The notes under the pieces: generated by a model
What the model saw: the letters and a program-made list of their open reading frames with translations, nothing else
Databases searched by the model: none
What the model was told of the DNA's origin: nothing
Program-made: the position numbers and the translations under genes
NCBI GenBank assembly: GCA_963813345.1
Contig: CAWEYR010000019.1
Coordinates: 41,689-105,688, forward strand
DNA: 64,000 bases
Direction: 5' to 3'
Source of the DNA: an uncultured Acidobacteriota bacterium
Lineage (GTDB): Bacteria > Acidobacteriota > Blastocatellia > RBC074
Part shown: one piece after another, positions 42,604 to 54,109 of the stretch
Layout of the letters: each line of letters opens with the position of its first letter
Position numbering within the stretch: position 1 is the stretch's first letter

Positions 42604-44354
42604 CAAGCATCCCCTTTACCAAGCATTTTTGATCCGGCCTCGCCAGCTTCCAGAAGGTAGTCGTCCAGATTGAGTCTGATAGTACCGCCAGCATCGCTGA
42701 AGATGTTCTCCATACCGAGTTTACGCCGCTTGTACCGCCGCCAGTAGAAGATCGTCCAGCCGGTGAAGACGCCCAGAATGATCGCGCTCAACAGAAGAAG
42801 GCCAATCCCGTAGAAAGTTCGCAGGAGCACGACAGCGGTTTCCGCTGCTTCCTCAAGTGCGGCTGGGTCTGTTGGACGAAACTCCAGCGGAATCGATGTG
42901 AACCTTCCACCTTCCCAGTAAACCTTTACCGTGTACTTAACCTGGTCGACAAGAGCATTGCCTCGTCCAGCGTCGGTAACCCCTGTGGCGACGACTACAT
43001 AGTTTCCAACCCTCTTTACGATCCGCTTCGCTTTCTCCGCGTCCGAGAGCGCATTGTGTTGATCGAGTACAGCCTGGAAGCCGGCGGTCGCTGATTGCGG
43101 CGTGTGGTACTCGATGATCGCGAGCTTCATCCGGCCACCACCTTCTCCGGTTCCGTAGTCTGCCACTGCGATCTCTACACCACCTGAAAAGTCGATAACT
43201 CCGCTCAGCCGTGACATTCCGTCCAGTCGACCGAGTGCAACCGGACCAATAATGTATTTATCGCTGCCGGCGATCTTCGATTCCTGTGGCAGGTGCGCCA
43301 TGATCGGCGAGATTCGATCAATCCGGGCGCTAGCATAAACCGCCGCAAATGCCTTCTCAGTCTCGTCCAGGGCCTGTCCGTGGCTGTTCTCCTGCCGGAG
43401 GGTGACAAGGTATCGGCCTGCCGTAAACGCGCGCTGTTTCGCACCCAGTATCTCTTTCCGAAAACGAAGGTAACCGTAAGAACCGGTAGGATAAGCGAAT
43501 TCGAACGCTTCCACGGTGACGTGGGAGACGCCATCGAAATAGCGTCTGGAAGAGAATCCTGTAAGTCCGTATTCAGCCAGAACATTGCCATCCGGCATTC
43601 CGGCCAGTTGCTCTCGATTCACCGTTCTGGCCGCTCCTAAAGCCTTCCATCGAGTTCCTTCAACCGTATCAGGAAGTTGTATTTCGACGCGGGGCTCGGA
43701 GCCCGCACCCGGTTGGAGTGCCGCAGCCTGACCTGTCGCTTCAACTGGAGTCGATGCAAGCAGGATCGGGAGCGCGAGCAAATAAAACACGAGTAACGGT
43801 GAAATGCGGTGCATCTGGGTAAGTATCAAATCAGCAAGCCTACGGGGGTTTCGAAGGTTCCTCAAAGCTATTCTACGCTGCAAAGTAGCACTGTCAACCA
43901 GCACATCTCCGACACCGAAGAGCCTTTGAACAAGTGATGAGTGCGTCGTCACGTTAAGAATGCTGCGCAACGGAACATCGTCAGACGTCTTCGAAAACAT
44001 CCCCGATTCGTACCCGAGACGAGACGTCGTCAATACAATTTCGACTCGACGACGCTGGATTTCCCGGATGAGAGGAATGATGAAGAAAGCTCCGCTAATC
44101 AGCAGTACAAGTCCGAATTTACCGCCAGTGTAACCAACCAGCGCCGCAGCAATTAGAGACAGTAACGCAACTCGCACGCACGAAATCGCGACCCGATATG
44201 AAGACGGCCCTGTCTGATAGATGATTCTCTCGCCCGGCGCCGGGAAAGCGTGTTCGATTCGCGCGCCGCAGTTGTCACAAAATGCGTCGTCGCCAATGAC
44301 ATCTGCCCCGCAATATTCGCAGACGTGATCAATTTCGGCAGAAGAATTGATCAT
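42603..44354 (-). CDS. Zinc-ribbon/bacterial PH-domain membrane protein in frame with a secreted, C-terminally anchored protein (possibly two genes; second from 43814)
   Basis: CEYCG...FCDNCG, bPH_2-like QRLFGVGDV; internal signal peptide MHRISPLLVFYLLALPILLA; C-terminal TM then FSDAGGTIRLNLD. Confidence 0.7.
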   Translation of the reverse strand: MINSSAEIDHVCEYCGADVIGDDAFCDNCGARIEHAFPAPGERIIYQTGPSSYRVAISCVRVALLSLIAAALVGYTGGKFGLVLLISGAFFIIPLIREIQRRRVEIVLTTSRLGYESGMFSKTSDDVPLRSILNVTTHSSLVQRLFGVGDVLVDSATLQRRIALRNLRNPRRLADLILTQMHRISPLLVFYLLALPILLASTPVEATGQAAALQPGAGSEPRVEIQLPDTVEGTRWKALGAARTVNREQLAGMPDGNVLAEYGLTGFSSRRYFDGVSHVTVEAFEFAYPTGSYGYLRFRKEILGAKQRAFTAGRYLVTLRQENSHGQALDETEKAFAAVYASARIDRISPIMAHLPQESKIAGSDKYIIGPVALGRLDGMSRLSGVIDFSGGVEIAVADYGTGEGGGRMKLAIIEYHTPQSATAGFQAVLDQHNALSDAEKAKRIVKRVGNYVVVATGVTDAGRGNALVDQVKYTVKVYWEGGRFTSIPLEFRPTDPAALEEAAETAVVLLRTFYGIGLLLLSAIILGVFTGWTIFYWRRYKRRKLGMENIFSDAGGTIRLNLDDYLLEAGEAGSKMLGKGDA

Positions 44355-44364
44355 TGATGATTGA

Positions 44365-45174
44365 TCATCTTTTCTCGACACTCTCCAGAAAACTTCTCAC
44401 GGCGCGATTGAACTCTGCGGGTGCCTCAACGTTCGACAGATGGCCGGCCGAGCCAATCATCTCGAGCGCGGCGCTATCGATTCCCGCTGCCAATTGTTTC
44501 GATTCGCCCGGAGGTGTGAGCTCGTCTTCGCTTCCAACAATCACCAGCGTCGGACATTTGATAGATGAAAGAAGCGGGAGCGAGTCCGGACGGGCTGACA
44601 TTCCTTCGAGCGCGCGAGCAATGGCTTCGGGATTCGTCGGCTCGATCATCGATCGCACCCGCGTGGCAATTGCTGGTCGTGTCTCGAGACTTGTTTTGCC
44701 AAGAAGCTTCGGGAGAATGTCTTCGACAATGGCTGCTGCTCCCTTTTCGCGCGCCTTGGCTGCCATCTTTGTTCTGTTGGCGCGTGCCTCATCGGTATCC
44801 GAGCCAGCCCTCGTATCGGCGAGGATCAAGGACGAAGCACGTTCAGGATGATTGCGCATAAACGCCAGGGTCGCGTAGCCGCCCATCGAAAGCCCGCAGA
44901 TCGCAGCCTTGTCTATTTTCAGTGAATCAAGCAGCCCGTTCAAATCATCGGCAAAAACTTCCATACGTGATTCGCGTGTTCCGAGAGAACTCCCACCGAA
45001 GCCTCTCCAGTCGAACGTGACGACTCGATGATCACGCGCGAATTCAGCCAGTTGGTCATCCCACATCGACTGGTTAAGCGGAAATGCGTGAAGGAAGATA
45101 ATTGGAGCGCCATTGCCCGTATCGCGATATGACAATTGCACGTCTCCAACTGTTACTGTTCGGGAATCTGTCAT
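44365..45174 (-). CDS. Alpha/beta hydrolase (enol-lactonase-like)
   Basis: LHAFP, DWRGFG, GLSMGG, GHLSNVE. Confidence 0.93.
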   Translation of the reverse strand: MTDSRTVTVGDVQLSYRDTGNGAPIIFLHAFPLNQSMWDDQLAEFARDHRVVTFDWRGFGGSSLGTRESRMEVFADDLNGLLDSLKIDKAAICGLSMGGYATLAFMRNHPERASSLILADTRAGSDTDEARANRTKMAAKAREKGAAAIVEDILPKLLGKTSLETRPAIATRVRSMIEPTNPEAIARALEGMSARPDSLPLLSSIKCPTLVIVGSEDELTPPGESKQLAAGIDSAALEMIGSAGHLSNVEAPAEFNRAVRSFLESVEKR

Positions 45175-46428
45175 TGGATCAGCACCTCGTTAAGAACTCT
45201 GCCACGAGCAGTTTTCAGTTCCAGACCGAGCAATCTTGCGACTGTCGGCGCAATATCCACTAGTCTCGCATACTCGAGCCGTACTCCAGGTTTGATTCCT
45301 GTTCCCCAGGCAATGAGTACACCACGCAGACTCGAGCGCGAAGGGACATGGCCAGCCCCTCCTTTGACTCGGGCATCATTTCGCGTATCTCCGGCGGCCT
45401 TTTCAGAGATCGTGTAAAGAGGTGATGCGTCGATATAGAAGGCGATTCCCGGATCGGCGCCGAGTCTTGCCGCGGTCTTCTTGTCGATCAGACGTCCAAC
45501 CGGACTTTCAGATTTCTTGTGTTCTTCCTGGAATACTTTCTCAATCTCCGCTATCAGCTTCTCGTCAGCAGGGTCTTTGACGCGCACGCCAGCGCTCCCG
45601 CCAAAGCTCTGGCAGACGGCTCGCCAGGCGGCGATCGTCCCTTCACTGGTTGCGCTCAGAAACTTCTTCTTTGCAAGAATCACATTAGGTCTGAACTCGT
45701 GTTCAATCCTTTCTCGACCGGAATCGGTCAGGATCAATACAGTAGCCTTGTCTTTGGCTGCCGCCAGTATAGGTGCGAGCTTGCGGTCGATCTCTTCGAG
45801 CGCTGCGATCGCCTCACGCGAGTCGGGCCCGTAACGAGTCTCGGCCGCATCCAGTTCGCGAAATGTGTGAAGCTCTATCGCTGTCCCGGCGTCAGATGCC
45901 GAAGCACTCTCACCTAAGAATGGAAATCCGCGCGATTGGATGCTGATCCCGGCGCGAGCGGCGCTTTCAAGAATAGTCCCCGACTTGATATCGGTGAGCT
46001 TCCATTCTTCGCTCTGAACCGTCGAGCCACTCACGTCGTCAAAAGGGTGATCGGAGAATATGCCGTGATCGGCGGGAAGCATACCGGTCAGAATCGTGGC
46101 GTGAGCCGGAGAGATAAGTGAAGGATAGACTCCTTCGAGCATTGCCGCTGCTGCTCCCTCCTCCCTCGCGCGAGCAAGATTCGGAATGCTCGCGGATTTC
46201 TCGATTGCATCGCCGAGGAAATCTGCGCCGAGCCCGAGAATAGATACCAGGACTACACGCGCAGTGAGAGCCGGTTGCATCCCAACTGCCGGCCTCGCCT
46301 TCTTCTCAACCTGACCGGCGCGCGGTGGTTGTTTTTCCTGCTGCGGCTGAGGCGGCTGCTGTTGCTGCCAACAGCGGAGCGGCGAGCATTACTGCGCTCA
46401 GGGTTAACTGCAAGTACCACCTGAGCAT
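45171..46428 (-). CDS. Alkaline phosphatase/NPP-family exported protein, active site degenerate (frameshift near 46370)
   Basis: YPS...PAHATILTG..PADHGI, RLVDIAPTVA; signal peptide from ATG 46428. Confidence 0.75.
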
Positions 46429-46430
46429 AA

Positions 46431-47204
46431 TCACGACGCAAGATGCCTGACCCTGATCGGCGCTTCGGAAATTGCACTGATCATTTCGCGCACGGCACGG
46501 TCGAGTCCAAAGAGCGATGCGCGGGCGATGATGTTATGGCCGATATTGAACTCTTCAATCTCCTTTATGCACGCTATCGCTTCGACATTGCGATAAGTCA
46601 ACCCGTGCCCGGCCGCAACTTTCAGCCCTGCTGCCACGGCAATTCGCGCAGCTTCCGCAATACGCTCAACTTCGACTTCGATCTCTCGGCTTCGTCTCAC
46701 GGTTCCGTCTCCGGGTTGCTCATTCAGTTGCGCATAGTGAGCGGTGCAAATCTCAATCTGAAATGCACCGAGCTCGGCTGAAAGGCGAATCTGCGCAGGG
46801 TCAGGATCGACAAAAAGACTCACGAAGATCGAATGCTCCTTCAGGCGGCGAATCGCTGAATCGATGGCGGCTCGGTTCGCCTGAACATCGAGGCCGCCTT
46901 CAGTAGTGACTTCCTCCGGTCTTTCGGGAACCAGCGTCACAACATCAGGTTTCACCCGTGCAGCAATCTCAATCATCTCGTCTGTTGCTGCCATCTCGAG
47001 ATTGAGGTGCGTCACAACGACCTGACGTAGAGCGAGCAAGTCATAATCCTGAATATGACGGCGATCGGTGCGCAGATGAATCGTGATCCCGTCTGCTCCG
47101 GCAAGCTCGCAGACTACCGCTGCCGACACGGGATTTGGTTCGTTCGTTCGACGCGCCTGCCTTATGGTCGCAATATGATCAATGTTGACGTTGAGCCTGG
47201 ACAT
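46431..47204 (-). CDS. pdxJ: Pyridoxine 5'-phosphate synthase
   Basis: [35 protein letters not shown]. Confidence 0.97.
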   Translation of the reverse strand: MSRLNVNIDHIATIRQARRTNEPNPVSAAVVCELAGADGITIHLRTDRRHIQDYDLLALRQVVVTHLNLEMAATDEMIEIAARVKPDVVTLVPERPEEVTTEGGLDVQANRAAIDSAIRRLKEHSIFVSLFVDPDPAQIRLSAELGAFQIEICTAHYAQLNEQPGDGTVRRSREIEVEVERIAEAARIAVAAGLKVAAGHGLTYRNVEAIACIKEIEEFNIGHNIIARASLFGLDRAVREMISAISEAPIRVRHLAS

Positions 47205-47949
47205 ACTTGCCTGCCTCCGGCTGATTGTATTTGCCCGCGAGATTGTTCAAACGTATCGAAGCTACTTCGAGAAGCACCTTGAGCGGTGTCCCGATCGCGT
47301 GAACCTTCGAGCCTTCCACATGATTCCATCGGACCGGAACCTCGAGAAGTCTGAAACCGTGCTTCTTAGCGATGTAGAGCACCTCGGGATCGAATCCAAA
47401 CCCCTCGATCTGCTGCAAGGGAAAGACCCGATCGATGGCTGCTCGACTGAATGCCTTGAACCCGCACTGCGTATCCTTGAAAGCGAGCCCGGTAAATACG
47501 CGTTGTATCAGGTTTCCTGTACGTCCTACAGCCTCACGCAAAAACGACTGGTGAGTTCCGATAAGGCTCGCATCCAGAGCGCGCGAACCAAAGACGACGT
47601 CGAATCGGCCCTCTCTGATAGGATCGATGACCTTCGGTATCTCGCCGGGAGGTGTTGCCAGGTCTGCATCAAAGAAAAGACCGATATCTCCCTTCGCGGT
47701 TTGCATCCCGTGACGAACAGAGTATCCCTTGCCTCGATTTCCCGGGTTCCTGATCACGCGGAGGCGTGACCCGGCTCGAGAGTGAAAAGAATTGACGACT
47801 TCTATAGTGTTATCGCGAGATCCGTCGTCAACAACCAGGATTTCACTCGAGTACGTTTGTAAATCGAGGTAGTCGAGCGTAGCGTCGAGCGTCTTCGCAA
47901 TACGCTGCCCTTCGTCGAAAGCAGGAATGACAATGGAAAGTAGCGGCAT
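47179..47949 (-). CDS. GT2 polyprenol-phosphate glycosyltransferase
   Basis: [25 protein letters not shown]. Confidence 0.92.
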   Translation of the reverse strand: MPLLSIVIPAFDEGQRIAKTLDATLDYLDLQTYSSEILVVDDGSRDNTIEVVNSFHSRAGSRLRVIRNPGNRGKGYSVRHGMQTAKGDIGLFFDADLATPPGEIPKVIDPIREGRFDVVFGSRALDASLIGTHQSFLREAVGRTGNLIQRVFTGLAFKDTQCGFKAFSRAAIDRVFPLQQIEGFGFDPEVLYIAKKHGFRLLEVPVRWNHVEGSKVHAIGTPLKVLLEVASIRLNNLAGKYNQPEAGKYVQAQRQH

Positions 47950-48003
47950 CTTTACGCCAATCCGCATGCGTACAACTCAAATATGGTAAGATCTCGCCCG
48001 CTT

Positions 48004-48297
48004 ATGTCAACCACTGAGCAGAAAGAAGAGCGCTTTGAAGAGTCGCTTGCACGGCTCGAGGCGCTGATCCGCGAGCTCGACACTGGCGATCTTCCGCTCG
48101 AACGCTCGCTCGAGGTCTATGAAGAGAGTGTCACACTTCTGCGCAAATGCCAGGCAAAACTCGACCGGGTTCAGCAGCGAATCGAGGTTCTCGAGCGCGA
48201 GCGCGATCAGGTCAGAGTTGTACCCTTCACTGCGCAACCCAGGAGTGAGCCTAAACCAACCCCGTTGCCGACCGAAGACGACGAGATCCCGTTCTGA
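48004..48297 (+). CDS. xseB: Exodeoxyribonuclease VII small subunit
   Basis: FEESLARLE...[14 protein letters not shown]. Confidence 0.92.
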   Translation: MSTTEQKEERFEESLARLEALIRELDTGDLPLERSLEVYEESVTLLRKCQAKLDRVQQRIEVLERERDQVRVVPFTAQPRSEPKPTPLPTEDDEIPF

Positions 48298-48299
48298 GC

Positions 48300-49190
48300 T
48301 TGAACTCGAAACTTGCCAGCTTCTTCAAGGAAAAGACGGGCATTGTAGACGCGTGGCTTGATCGCCTGCTGCCCGCGGCTGACGTGCCTCCGGGCATCAT
48401 TCACGAAGCCATGCGGTACAGCGTGTTTGCCGGCGGTAAACGCCTCCGGCCACTCCTCTGCATCGCGACAGGTGAACTCTATGGCGCAACCGAAGATGCG
48501 ATCCTTCCGGCTGCCTGCGCCATTGAGATGATACATACCTACTCGCTCGTTCACGATGACCTCCCGTCGATGGACGACGACACTCTGCGGAGAGGCCGTC
48601 CCACGTGTCACATCGTTTACGGTGAGGCGATGGCGATACTCGCGGGCGATGCGCTCCTTACTCAGGCATTCTCCACGCTTGCAAACTTTGGGTCTCAGGA
48701 TGAATCGATTCGGCTGCGCATCCTTTCGGAGGTTGCTCAGGCTGCCGGAACAGTGAAGGCACTTATTGGAGGTCAGGTGATGGACCTTGCGAGTGAGGGA
48801 AAGCAGATTGCTGAAACTGATCTCGAGGAGATTCATCGTGCAAAGACCGGAGCAATGATCCGTTGCGCCGTACGCGTGGGCGCTATCATCGGTGGAGCAT
48901 CTGAGAACGAGTTGGCGATTCTGACTACATACGGAGAGAAGGCGGGTCTCGCATTTCAGATTGCCGATGATCTTCTGGATCAGACCGCATCATCAGAAGA
49001 CCTCGGAAAGACCGCCGGTAAGGACGCCGCTCGAGGAAAGGCTACATACACTACGCTGTTTGGAATCGATGAGGCCAGGCTCCGCGCGAAGGCAGCCTGC
49101 GAAGACGCGATCGCCGCAGCGAGGGCTACGGGAAGACAAGTTGAAATCCTCGAAGAGATCGCCAAACTGTTCGTTGATCGCAAGACTTAG
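48300..49190 (+). CDS. ispA: Farnesyl-diphosphate synthase / geranyltranstransferase
   Basis: [33 protein letters not shown]. Confidence 0.93.
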   Translation: MNSKLASFFKEKTGIVDAWLDRLLPAADVPPGIIHEAMRYSVFAGGKRLRPLLCIATGELYGATEDAILPAACAIEMIHTYSLVHDDLPSMDDDTLRRGRPTCHIVYGEAMAILAGDALLTQAFSTLANFGSQDESIRLRILSEVAQAAGTVKALIGGQVMDLASEGKQIAETDLEEIHRAKTGAMIRCAVRVGAIIGGASENELAILTTYGEKAGLAFQIADDLLDQTASSEDLGKTAGKDAARGKATYTTLFGIDEARLRAKAACEDAIAAARATGRQVEILEEIAKLFVDRKT

Positions 49191-49201
49191 GCATGTATAG
49201 G

Positions 49202-49291
49202 GTCACGGTTGTACCGCCTTCAGGCGGAATCTTACGAGACATGCGAATTCGTCACCTCTGAAGATTCCGCTCTGAAGGCGGTACAACGTAC
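49202..49291. repeat. REP family A inverted pair
   Basis: GTTGTACCGCCTTCAGGCGGAATCTT ... AAGATTCCGCTCTGAAGGCGGTACAAC. Confidence 0.88.
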
Positions 49292-49380
49292 CCTAATAGA
49301 TGCATTTGACTCTCGTTTCCCTGCTTGCTAATCTTAGAGATTCGGTTTTATGGGTTTTTCTTGATTGGGAGAGGTTTGCT

Positions 49381-49524
49381 ATGAAACGGACATTTCAACC
49401 AAATAACCGGCGCCGGGCGAAGACTCACGGGTTTCGTGAGCGTATGAGTACTAAGGCGGGCCGGCTGGTCCTTAAGCGGCGTCGTGCAAAGGGCCGTAAA
49501 CGATTGACCCCGAGCCACTACTAG
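49381..49524 (+). CDS. rpmH: 50S ribosomal protein L34
   Basis: [22 protein letters not shown]. Confidence 0.98.
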   Translation: MKRTFQPNNRRRAKTHGFRERMSTKAGRLVLKRRRAKGRKRLTPSHY

Positions 49525-49539
49525 CATTACTGGGGCGAG

Positions 49540-49929
49540 GTGGGAGCGGATAATGAGGGCGGAAGGAAGCTTCGGACCCTGCGTTCGAGAGAGCAGTTTC
49601 GGGCGGTTTACGAGCGCGGTTCAAAATTCCATACGCCTTTTTTCTCTGTCTTTATTCTCGCCACCGAAGGGGATTCTCCTCGTTTTGGAATCACGGCTAC
49701 GCGCAAACTTGGAAACGCAGTGGTCCGAAACCGCTGCAAACGGAGATTGCGCGAGATAGTGCGGAACGATGCACTTGAGCTCCTTGGGATCGGAAGCGGC
49801 AGGGGTTGCGATATTGTCATCAACGTCAAGCAGGCGACTATCGACGCAGATTTCGCCGAGCTTACGGAATCGTTCCTGGGTGCGTTGAAGCAATACCTTC
49901 ACGGTCTCGATAATCTGGGCAAGCGATGA
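49540..49929 (+). CDS. rnpA: RNase P protein component
   Basis: [18 protein letters not shown]. Confidence 0.95.
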   Translation: MGADNEGGRKLRTLRSREQFRAVYERGSKFHTPFFSVFILATEGDSPRFGITATRKLGNAVVRNRCKRRLREIVRNDALELLGIGSGRGCDIVINVKQATIDADFAELTESFLGALKQYLHGLDNLGKR

Positions 49930-50135
49930 GAAGTGCGATAATTGCTCTATTGCGGGTTTACAAATACACGATATCGCCCCTCTTTCCGCCATCGTGCCGG
50001 TTCGTGCCTACATGCTCAGAATATGCCGCTGAGGCAATTGCCGCTTACGGTGTCGTGAAGGGAAGTCGGCTCGCACTTGGCAGGCTGCTTCGCTGCCATC
50101 CCTTTTGCCCTGGAGGATATGATCCAGTGAGGTAG
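49926..50135 (+). CDS. yidD: Membrane protein insertion efficiency factor
   Basis: [21 protein letters not shown]. Confidence 0.95.
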   Translation: MRSAIIALLRVYKYTISPLFPPSCRFVPTCSEYAAEAIAAYGVVKGSRLALGRLLRCHPFCPGGYDPVR

Positions 50136-50140
50136 CTCGA

Positions 50141-50179
50141 CCCCGATTGGTGCGCCCGATCGGTGCCCCCGATTGGTGC
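50141..50179 (+). repeat. 13-mer tandem repeat x3 (SCCCGATYGGTGC)
   Basis: ccccgattggtgc gcccgatcggtgc ccccgattggtgc. Confidence 0.8.
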
Positions 50180-50217
50180 TCGTCGATGCCCCGACTGGCT
50201 CACCTATAAACGCTTTG

Positions 50218-52053
50218 ATGCAAAAAAGATTCATAGTTTTTCTTACTCTTTCGCTTCTGATCTTTGTCGGGTGGAACTTCATAATCAGCAAGTTCTACCC
50301 CGAACTCGCACCGAAACCGCAGACGACAGCCTCTTCGCCGTCCCCTACAGCGCTTTCGCCGTCGCCTTCGTCTTCGCTGCCTGCCTCGCCAACACCAGTT
50401 CAGGCACCGGTGACTACGACGCCGACGCCGGTCCAACAGGTAGCCGAGCGCGAAATAAAACTGCGCACAGAATTCTGGGAAGGCACCCTCTCGAATCGGG
50501 GAGCTGTGCTCACCGAATGGGTTGTAACGAAATTCACCGACGGCAAGATCATCGATAAACAGACCGGTGGCGTACACCTCGTAACGAAAAAGATCAGTAC
50601 GGAAGTGGGCGCACCGTTCCGTCTTGTAATCCCATCTGCTCCCGAGCTGGAGAAAGAGCTGAATTCGGCAGTCTATGCTGTCGAAGTTCCTCAAGCATCA
50701 GACGCAGCCGAGATATCTCTCGGAAAAGATGAGCAGAAGGATTTTGCTTTCGCTTACAGCAATAGCAATGGTGTTCTTGCGAAAAAGACCCTTCGCTTCA
50801 ACGGAGCAGGATATGACCTTGGTGTACAGGTTGACGTAACCCGCAATGGAGTTCCCTTAGAAACGCAGGTAGTCGTCGGCCCCAATTTCGGTGACCATAG
50901 CATCACGAGTTACAGCGTCTATCGTCCTGCACCACAAGCGAGCTATGCCATCAACACGAGCGTTGAGAGGGACGGTCCTTCCGACGTGGATGGCACTGGC
51001 GTCAAGACGATACCGGCGAGCCCTGTGCGGTGGGGCGGTATTGACGATAACTATTTTGCGATGGTGCTCGTACCGTCCAAGCCGGCGTCTTCTGTCACCC
51101 TTATCAATACGCGCCGCAAAGATACAATTGATGGCTCCGAGCAGGAACGCGACTACTTTTCGATCGCACTCCCTGTTGCCAACGGCAACATGAACCACGT
51201 CTATGCCGGGCCGAAGGACCTCACAACACTCGCGCGGATCAGCGAAAAATTCGGACTCGGTGACGGCAGCGGAAACCTTGAAGACATTGTCAGCTACGGT
51301 TGGCTGTCATTCATATCGCCAATTCTCAAGCCGATATCTTCGTTCATGTTGAAGAGCCTGCTCTTCATCCATCAGTACACGCACAACTACGGATGGGCGA
51401 TCGTGGTTCTGACGATCGTACTGAATATGTTCTTCTTCCCGCTTCGCTGGCGCAGCTCCGTAGCGATGCGAAAGACGGCAGCGCTCCAGCCTAAGATGCG
51501 CGACATTCAGGAGCGGATGAAGAAGCTCGACAAGAGCGATCCGAGAGCACAGGAGCTGCAACGAGAGCAGCTGGCATTGATGAAGGAAGGCAATCCGCTG
51601 ATGGGATGCCTGCCGTTGTTGCTGCAGATGCCGTTCTTCCTGGCGGTCTTTACTATCCTCACAGTTTCGATCGAGGTTCGTCACGCGCCCTTCATCGGTT
51701 GGATTCACGATCTCTCCGCTCCTGATCCGTACTGGATTCTTCCGATCGCGATGTGCGTGTCGATGATCGTGCAGACAGCACTGACGCCATCGACGGCTGA
51801 TCCAATGCAGAAGCGTATCAGCTATCTGATGCCGCTCGTATTTACATATTTTCTAACGTCTGCTCCGGCTGGTCTGGTCTTATACTGGATGGTGAGCAAC
51901 CTCGTGGGCATCGCGCAGCAGTTCGTTATCAACCGGCTCAATCCGCCACCAGCGACTGCAACAACGCCAGGTGCTCAGGCAAAGGCGCCGCAAGCGAAAG
52001 ACTCGAAGTTACCGAAACGGAAGAAGGGCAAAACGGAGCTCGCCAGCTCGTAG
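50218..52053 (+). CDS. yidC: Membrane protein insertase YidC
   Basis: [31 protein letters not shown]. Confidence 0.97.
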   Translation: MQKRFIVFLTLSLLIFVGWNFIISKFYPELAPKPQTTASSPSPTALSPSPSSSLPASPTPVQAPVTTTPTPVQQVAEREIKLRTEFWEGTLSNRGAVLTEWVVTKFTDGKIIDKQTGGVHLVTKKISTEVGAPFRLVIPSAPELEKELNSAVYAVEVPQASDAAEISLGKDEQKDFAFAYSNSNGVLAKKTLRFNGAGYDLGVQVDVTRNGVPLETQVVVGPNFGDHSITSYSVYRPAPQASYAINTSVERDGPSDVDGTGVKTIPASPVRWGGIDDNYFAMVLVPSKPASSVTLINTRRKDTIDGSEQERDYFSIALPVANGNMNHVYAGPKDLTTLARISEKFGLGDGSGNLEDIVSYGWLSFISPILKPISSFMLKSLLFIHQYTHNYGWAIVVLTIVLNMFFFPLRWRSSVAMRKTAALQPKMRDIQERMKKLDKSDPRAQELQREQLALMKEGNPLMGCLPLLLQMPFFLAVFTILTVSIEVRHAPFIGWIHDLSAPDPYWILPIAMCVSMIVQTALTPSTADPMQKRISYLMPLVFTYFLTSAPAGLVLYWMVSNLVGIAQQFVINRLNPPPATATTPGAQAKAPQAKDSKLPKRKKGKTELASS

Positions 52054-52076
52054 TCAAATCAACAGGCAGCTCGAAA

Positions 52077-52556
52077 ATGGAAATGACACAGACTGACGTA
52101 CACGAGCTTTCAGGCACTCTCGGCGGCTTTATCAAAGCGTTGATTGACCACTCGTCGCTCGACCTGCGCGTTGACGTCGAAGTGACCGATGATCAAACCA
52201 TCGTTGTCGTCTTCCACGGATTCGATCTTCCGTTACTTCTCGGACACAATGCCGAACTACTCGACGCGCTTCAATACATTGCACGCCGCGTCTTTGCTGA
52301 TGCCGTTGCGGCTGGTGTGCAGATCGATTTCGATGCCAGCGGATACCGGGTTCAGCGGCGTCAGGAGCTGGAGCTCATGGCGCAAAAGGCTGCTGATCGC
52401 GTGCGCGCATCCAAGGTCCCTTTCATTTTCGATCCGATGAATGCGCAGGATCGACGAATCATTCATATGGCTTTAGTCGATGAGACGGGCGTGCGTACCG
52501 AAAGCGAAGGCGACGGCCAGATGCGCCGTGTGAAGATCATTCCCGGGTCCAGGTAG
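52077..52556 (+). CDS. jag: Jag/KhpB (KH + R3H domains, no Jag N-domain)
   Basis: [22 protein letters not shown]. Confidence 0.88.
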   Translation: MEMTQTDVHELSGTLGGFIKALIDHSSLDLRVDVEVTDDQTIVVVFHGFDLPLLLGHNAELLDALQYIARRVFADAVAAGVQIDFDASGYRVQRRQELELMAQKAADRVRASKVPFIFDPMNAQDRRIIHMALVDETGVRTESEGDGQMRRVKIIPGSR

Positions 52557-52568
52557 ACCTGGGTAGGC

Positions 52569-52706
52569 CTGGGAGCGCCGGCCTCCCGGCCGGCCCTGGG
52601 AATGCCGGCCTCTGGCCGGCTTTCTCGTGTCAGGTGATTGCGTAGCGACCCACCGCCGGCCAGAGGCCGGCGTTCCCAGGGCCGGCCGGGAGGCCGGCGC
52701 TCCCAG
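52569..52706. repeat. REP-like long inverted repeat (two nested CTGGGA.YGCCGGCCTC units)
   Basis: About 52-nt arms; related to 230-342. Confidence 0.9.
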
Positions 52707-52709
52707 CAA

Positions 52710-54092
52710 ATGAGCAGTGCGGACTACGATTTCAAGACAATCGCAGCAATCTCGACCCCTCCGGGATACGGTGGCATTGGCACCATCCGCGTAAGCGGTA
52801 GAGACGCACTCGCCTTTTCTCGCGCTCTGCTCGGCACCTCCGCTAATCGCGAGTTCCTGCCGAATCAATCTTCGCTCCTCCAGCTTATTGATCCCGAATC
52901 GCAGGCAATAATCGATCACGCGATCGTCACGTTCTTCCGCGCTCCGCACTCGTTTACAGGAGAGGACGTGGTCGAGATTTCATGTCACGGCAGTCCTGTA
53001 GTCCTCAAGGAAGTGATACGTCTTTTGGTCGCAGCCGGCGCACGCCTGGCGGAACCCGGCGAGTTCAGCCTGCGCGCATTTCTGAACGGCCGAATGGACC
53101 TTGCCCAGGCAGAGGCAATACGGGATCTCATCCACGCGCAGACGACCTATCAGGCGAGGCTTGCTGCGCGCCAACTGAACGGCGAACTATCGAGACAATT
53201 ACGACCGCTCAAGGATCGACTGATCGAGCTCATCGTCCACTTCGAATCGGCCGTCGAATTTGTCGAAGACAATCTTGACGCCCTCGATATTGAACGCTTC
53301 ACGCGCACACTTGACGAGATGATCTCGGCGCTTGAACGACTCGCCGAAAGTTACAAGTTTGGCAGAGTCGTAGAGTCCGGGATCAAAGTGGCGCTCATAG
53401 GACGTCCGAATGTAGGCAAGTCATCTCTATTCAATGCGCTGCTCGGTCGTGATCGGGCCATTGTGACAACGGTGCCCGGGACAACAAGAGACACACTTAC
53501 CGAAAGAATATCGATAAAGGGAATTCCGGCGGAACTGATCGATACTGCAGGCCTCAGGGAAGCTGAGGACTTCATTGAAAGGCTTGGCGTCGAGCGTACG
53601 CGGTCGGCAGCCACCGATGCCGACATCGTGATAGGTGTTGTTGATATCACGGTTGAGAATGCCGACGAAGATATCGAACTCTTCGAGAGTCACGCTCCGC
53701 ATCTGATAGCTCTCAACAAAAGCGATCTCGAGATGCGGCTTGTAGACGCGGAGCTTGTTCGATTGAAGCAGCTGGCGCAAACCGTCAACGTTTCAGCGCG
53801 AACTTCCGAAGGCATTGATGAGATGCTCGATCAAGTCTACGGCTTGATCACTGCCGGATCATCTCCCGTGGTTGAGGGTGCTATAATCACGAGCGCGCGC
53901 CATTTTGCTGCAATAGGAGATGCGCTCGAATCGCTACAGCGTGCTCGTCAGTCACTCGATGAAGGTTTCACTGAGGAGGTAGCGCTTTCCGAGTTGCACG
54001 CAGCACTCAAGAACCTTGGCGTGATTACGGGCGAGACGCTGATAGCCGATATCATGAATCAGATATTCTCTACGTTTTGTATCGGTAAGTAG
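52710..54092 (+). CDS. mnmE: tRNA modification GTPase MnmE
   Basis: [27 protein letters not shown]. Confidence 0.98.
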   Translation: MSSADYDFKTIAAISTPPGYGGIGTIRVSGRDALAFSRALLGTSANREFLPNQSSLLQLIDPESQAIIDHAIVTFFRAPHSFTGEDVVEISCHGSPVVLKEVIRLLVAAGARLAEPGEFSLRAFLNGRMDLAQAEAIRDLIHAQTTYQARLAARQLNGELSRQLRPLKDRLIELIVHFESAVEFVEDNLDALDIERFTRTLDEMISALERLAESYKFGRVVESGIKVALIGRPNVGKSSLFNALLGRDRAIVTTVPGTTRDTLTERISIKGIPAELIDTAGLREAEDFIERLGVERTRSAATDADIVIGVVDITVENADEDIELFESHAPHLIALNKSDLEMRLVDAELVRLKQLAQTVNVSARTSEGIDEMLDQVYGLITAGSSPVVEGAIITSARHFAAIGDALESLQRARQSLDEGFTEEVALSELHAALKNLGVITGETLIADIMNQIFSTFCIGK

Positions 54093-54109
54093 CGTGTTTG
54101 CAGTTATTT

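Noticed and set aside
52638-52709. N-terminal ORF extensions of mnmE (also at 1383, 33302, 37609, 17663 and 49300)
   Set aside because: They are translations of repeats or UTR; better starts match the family N-termini
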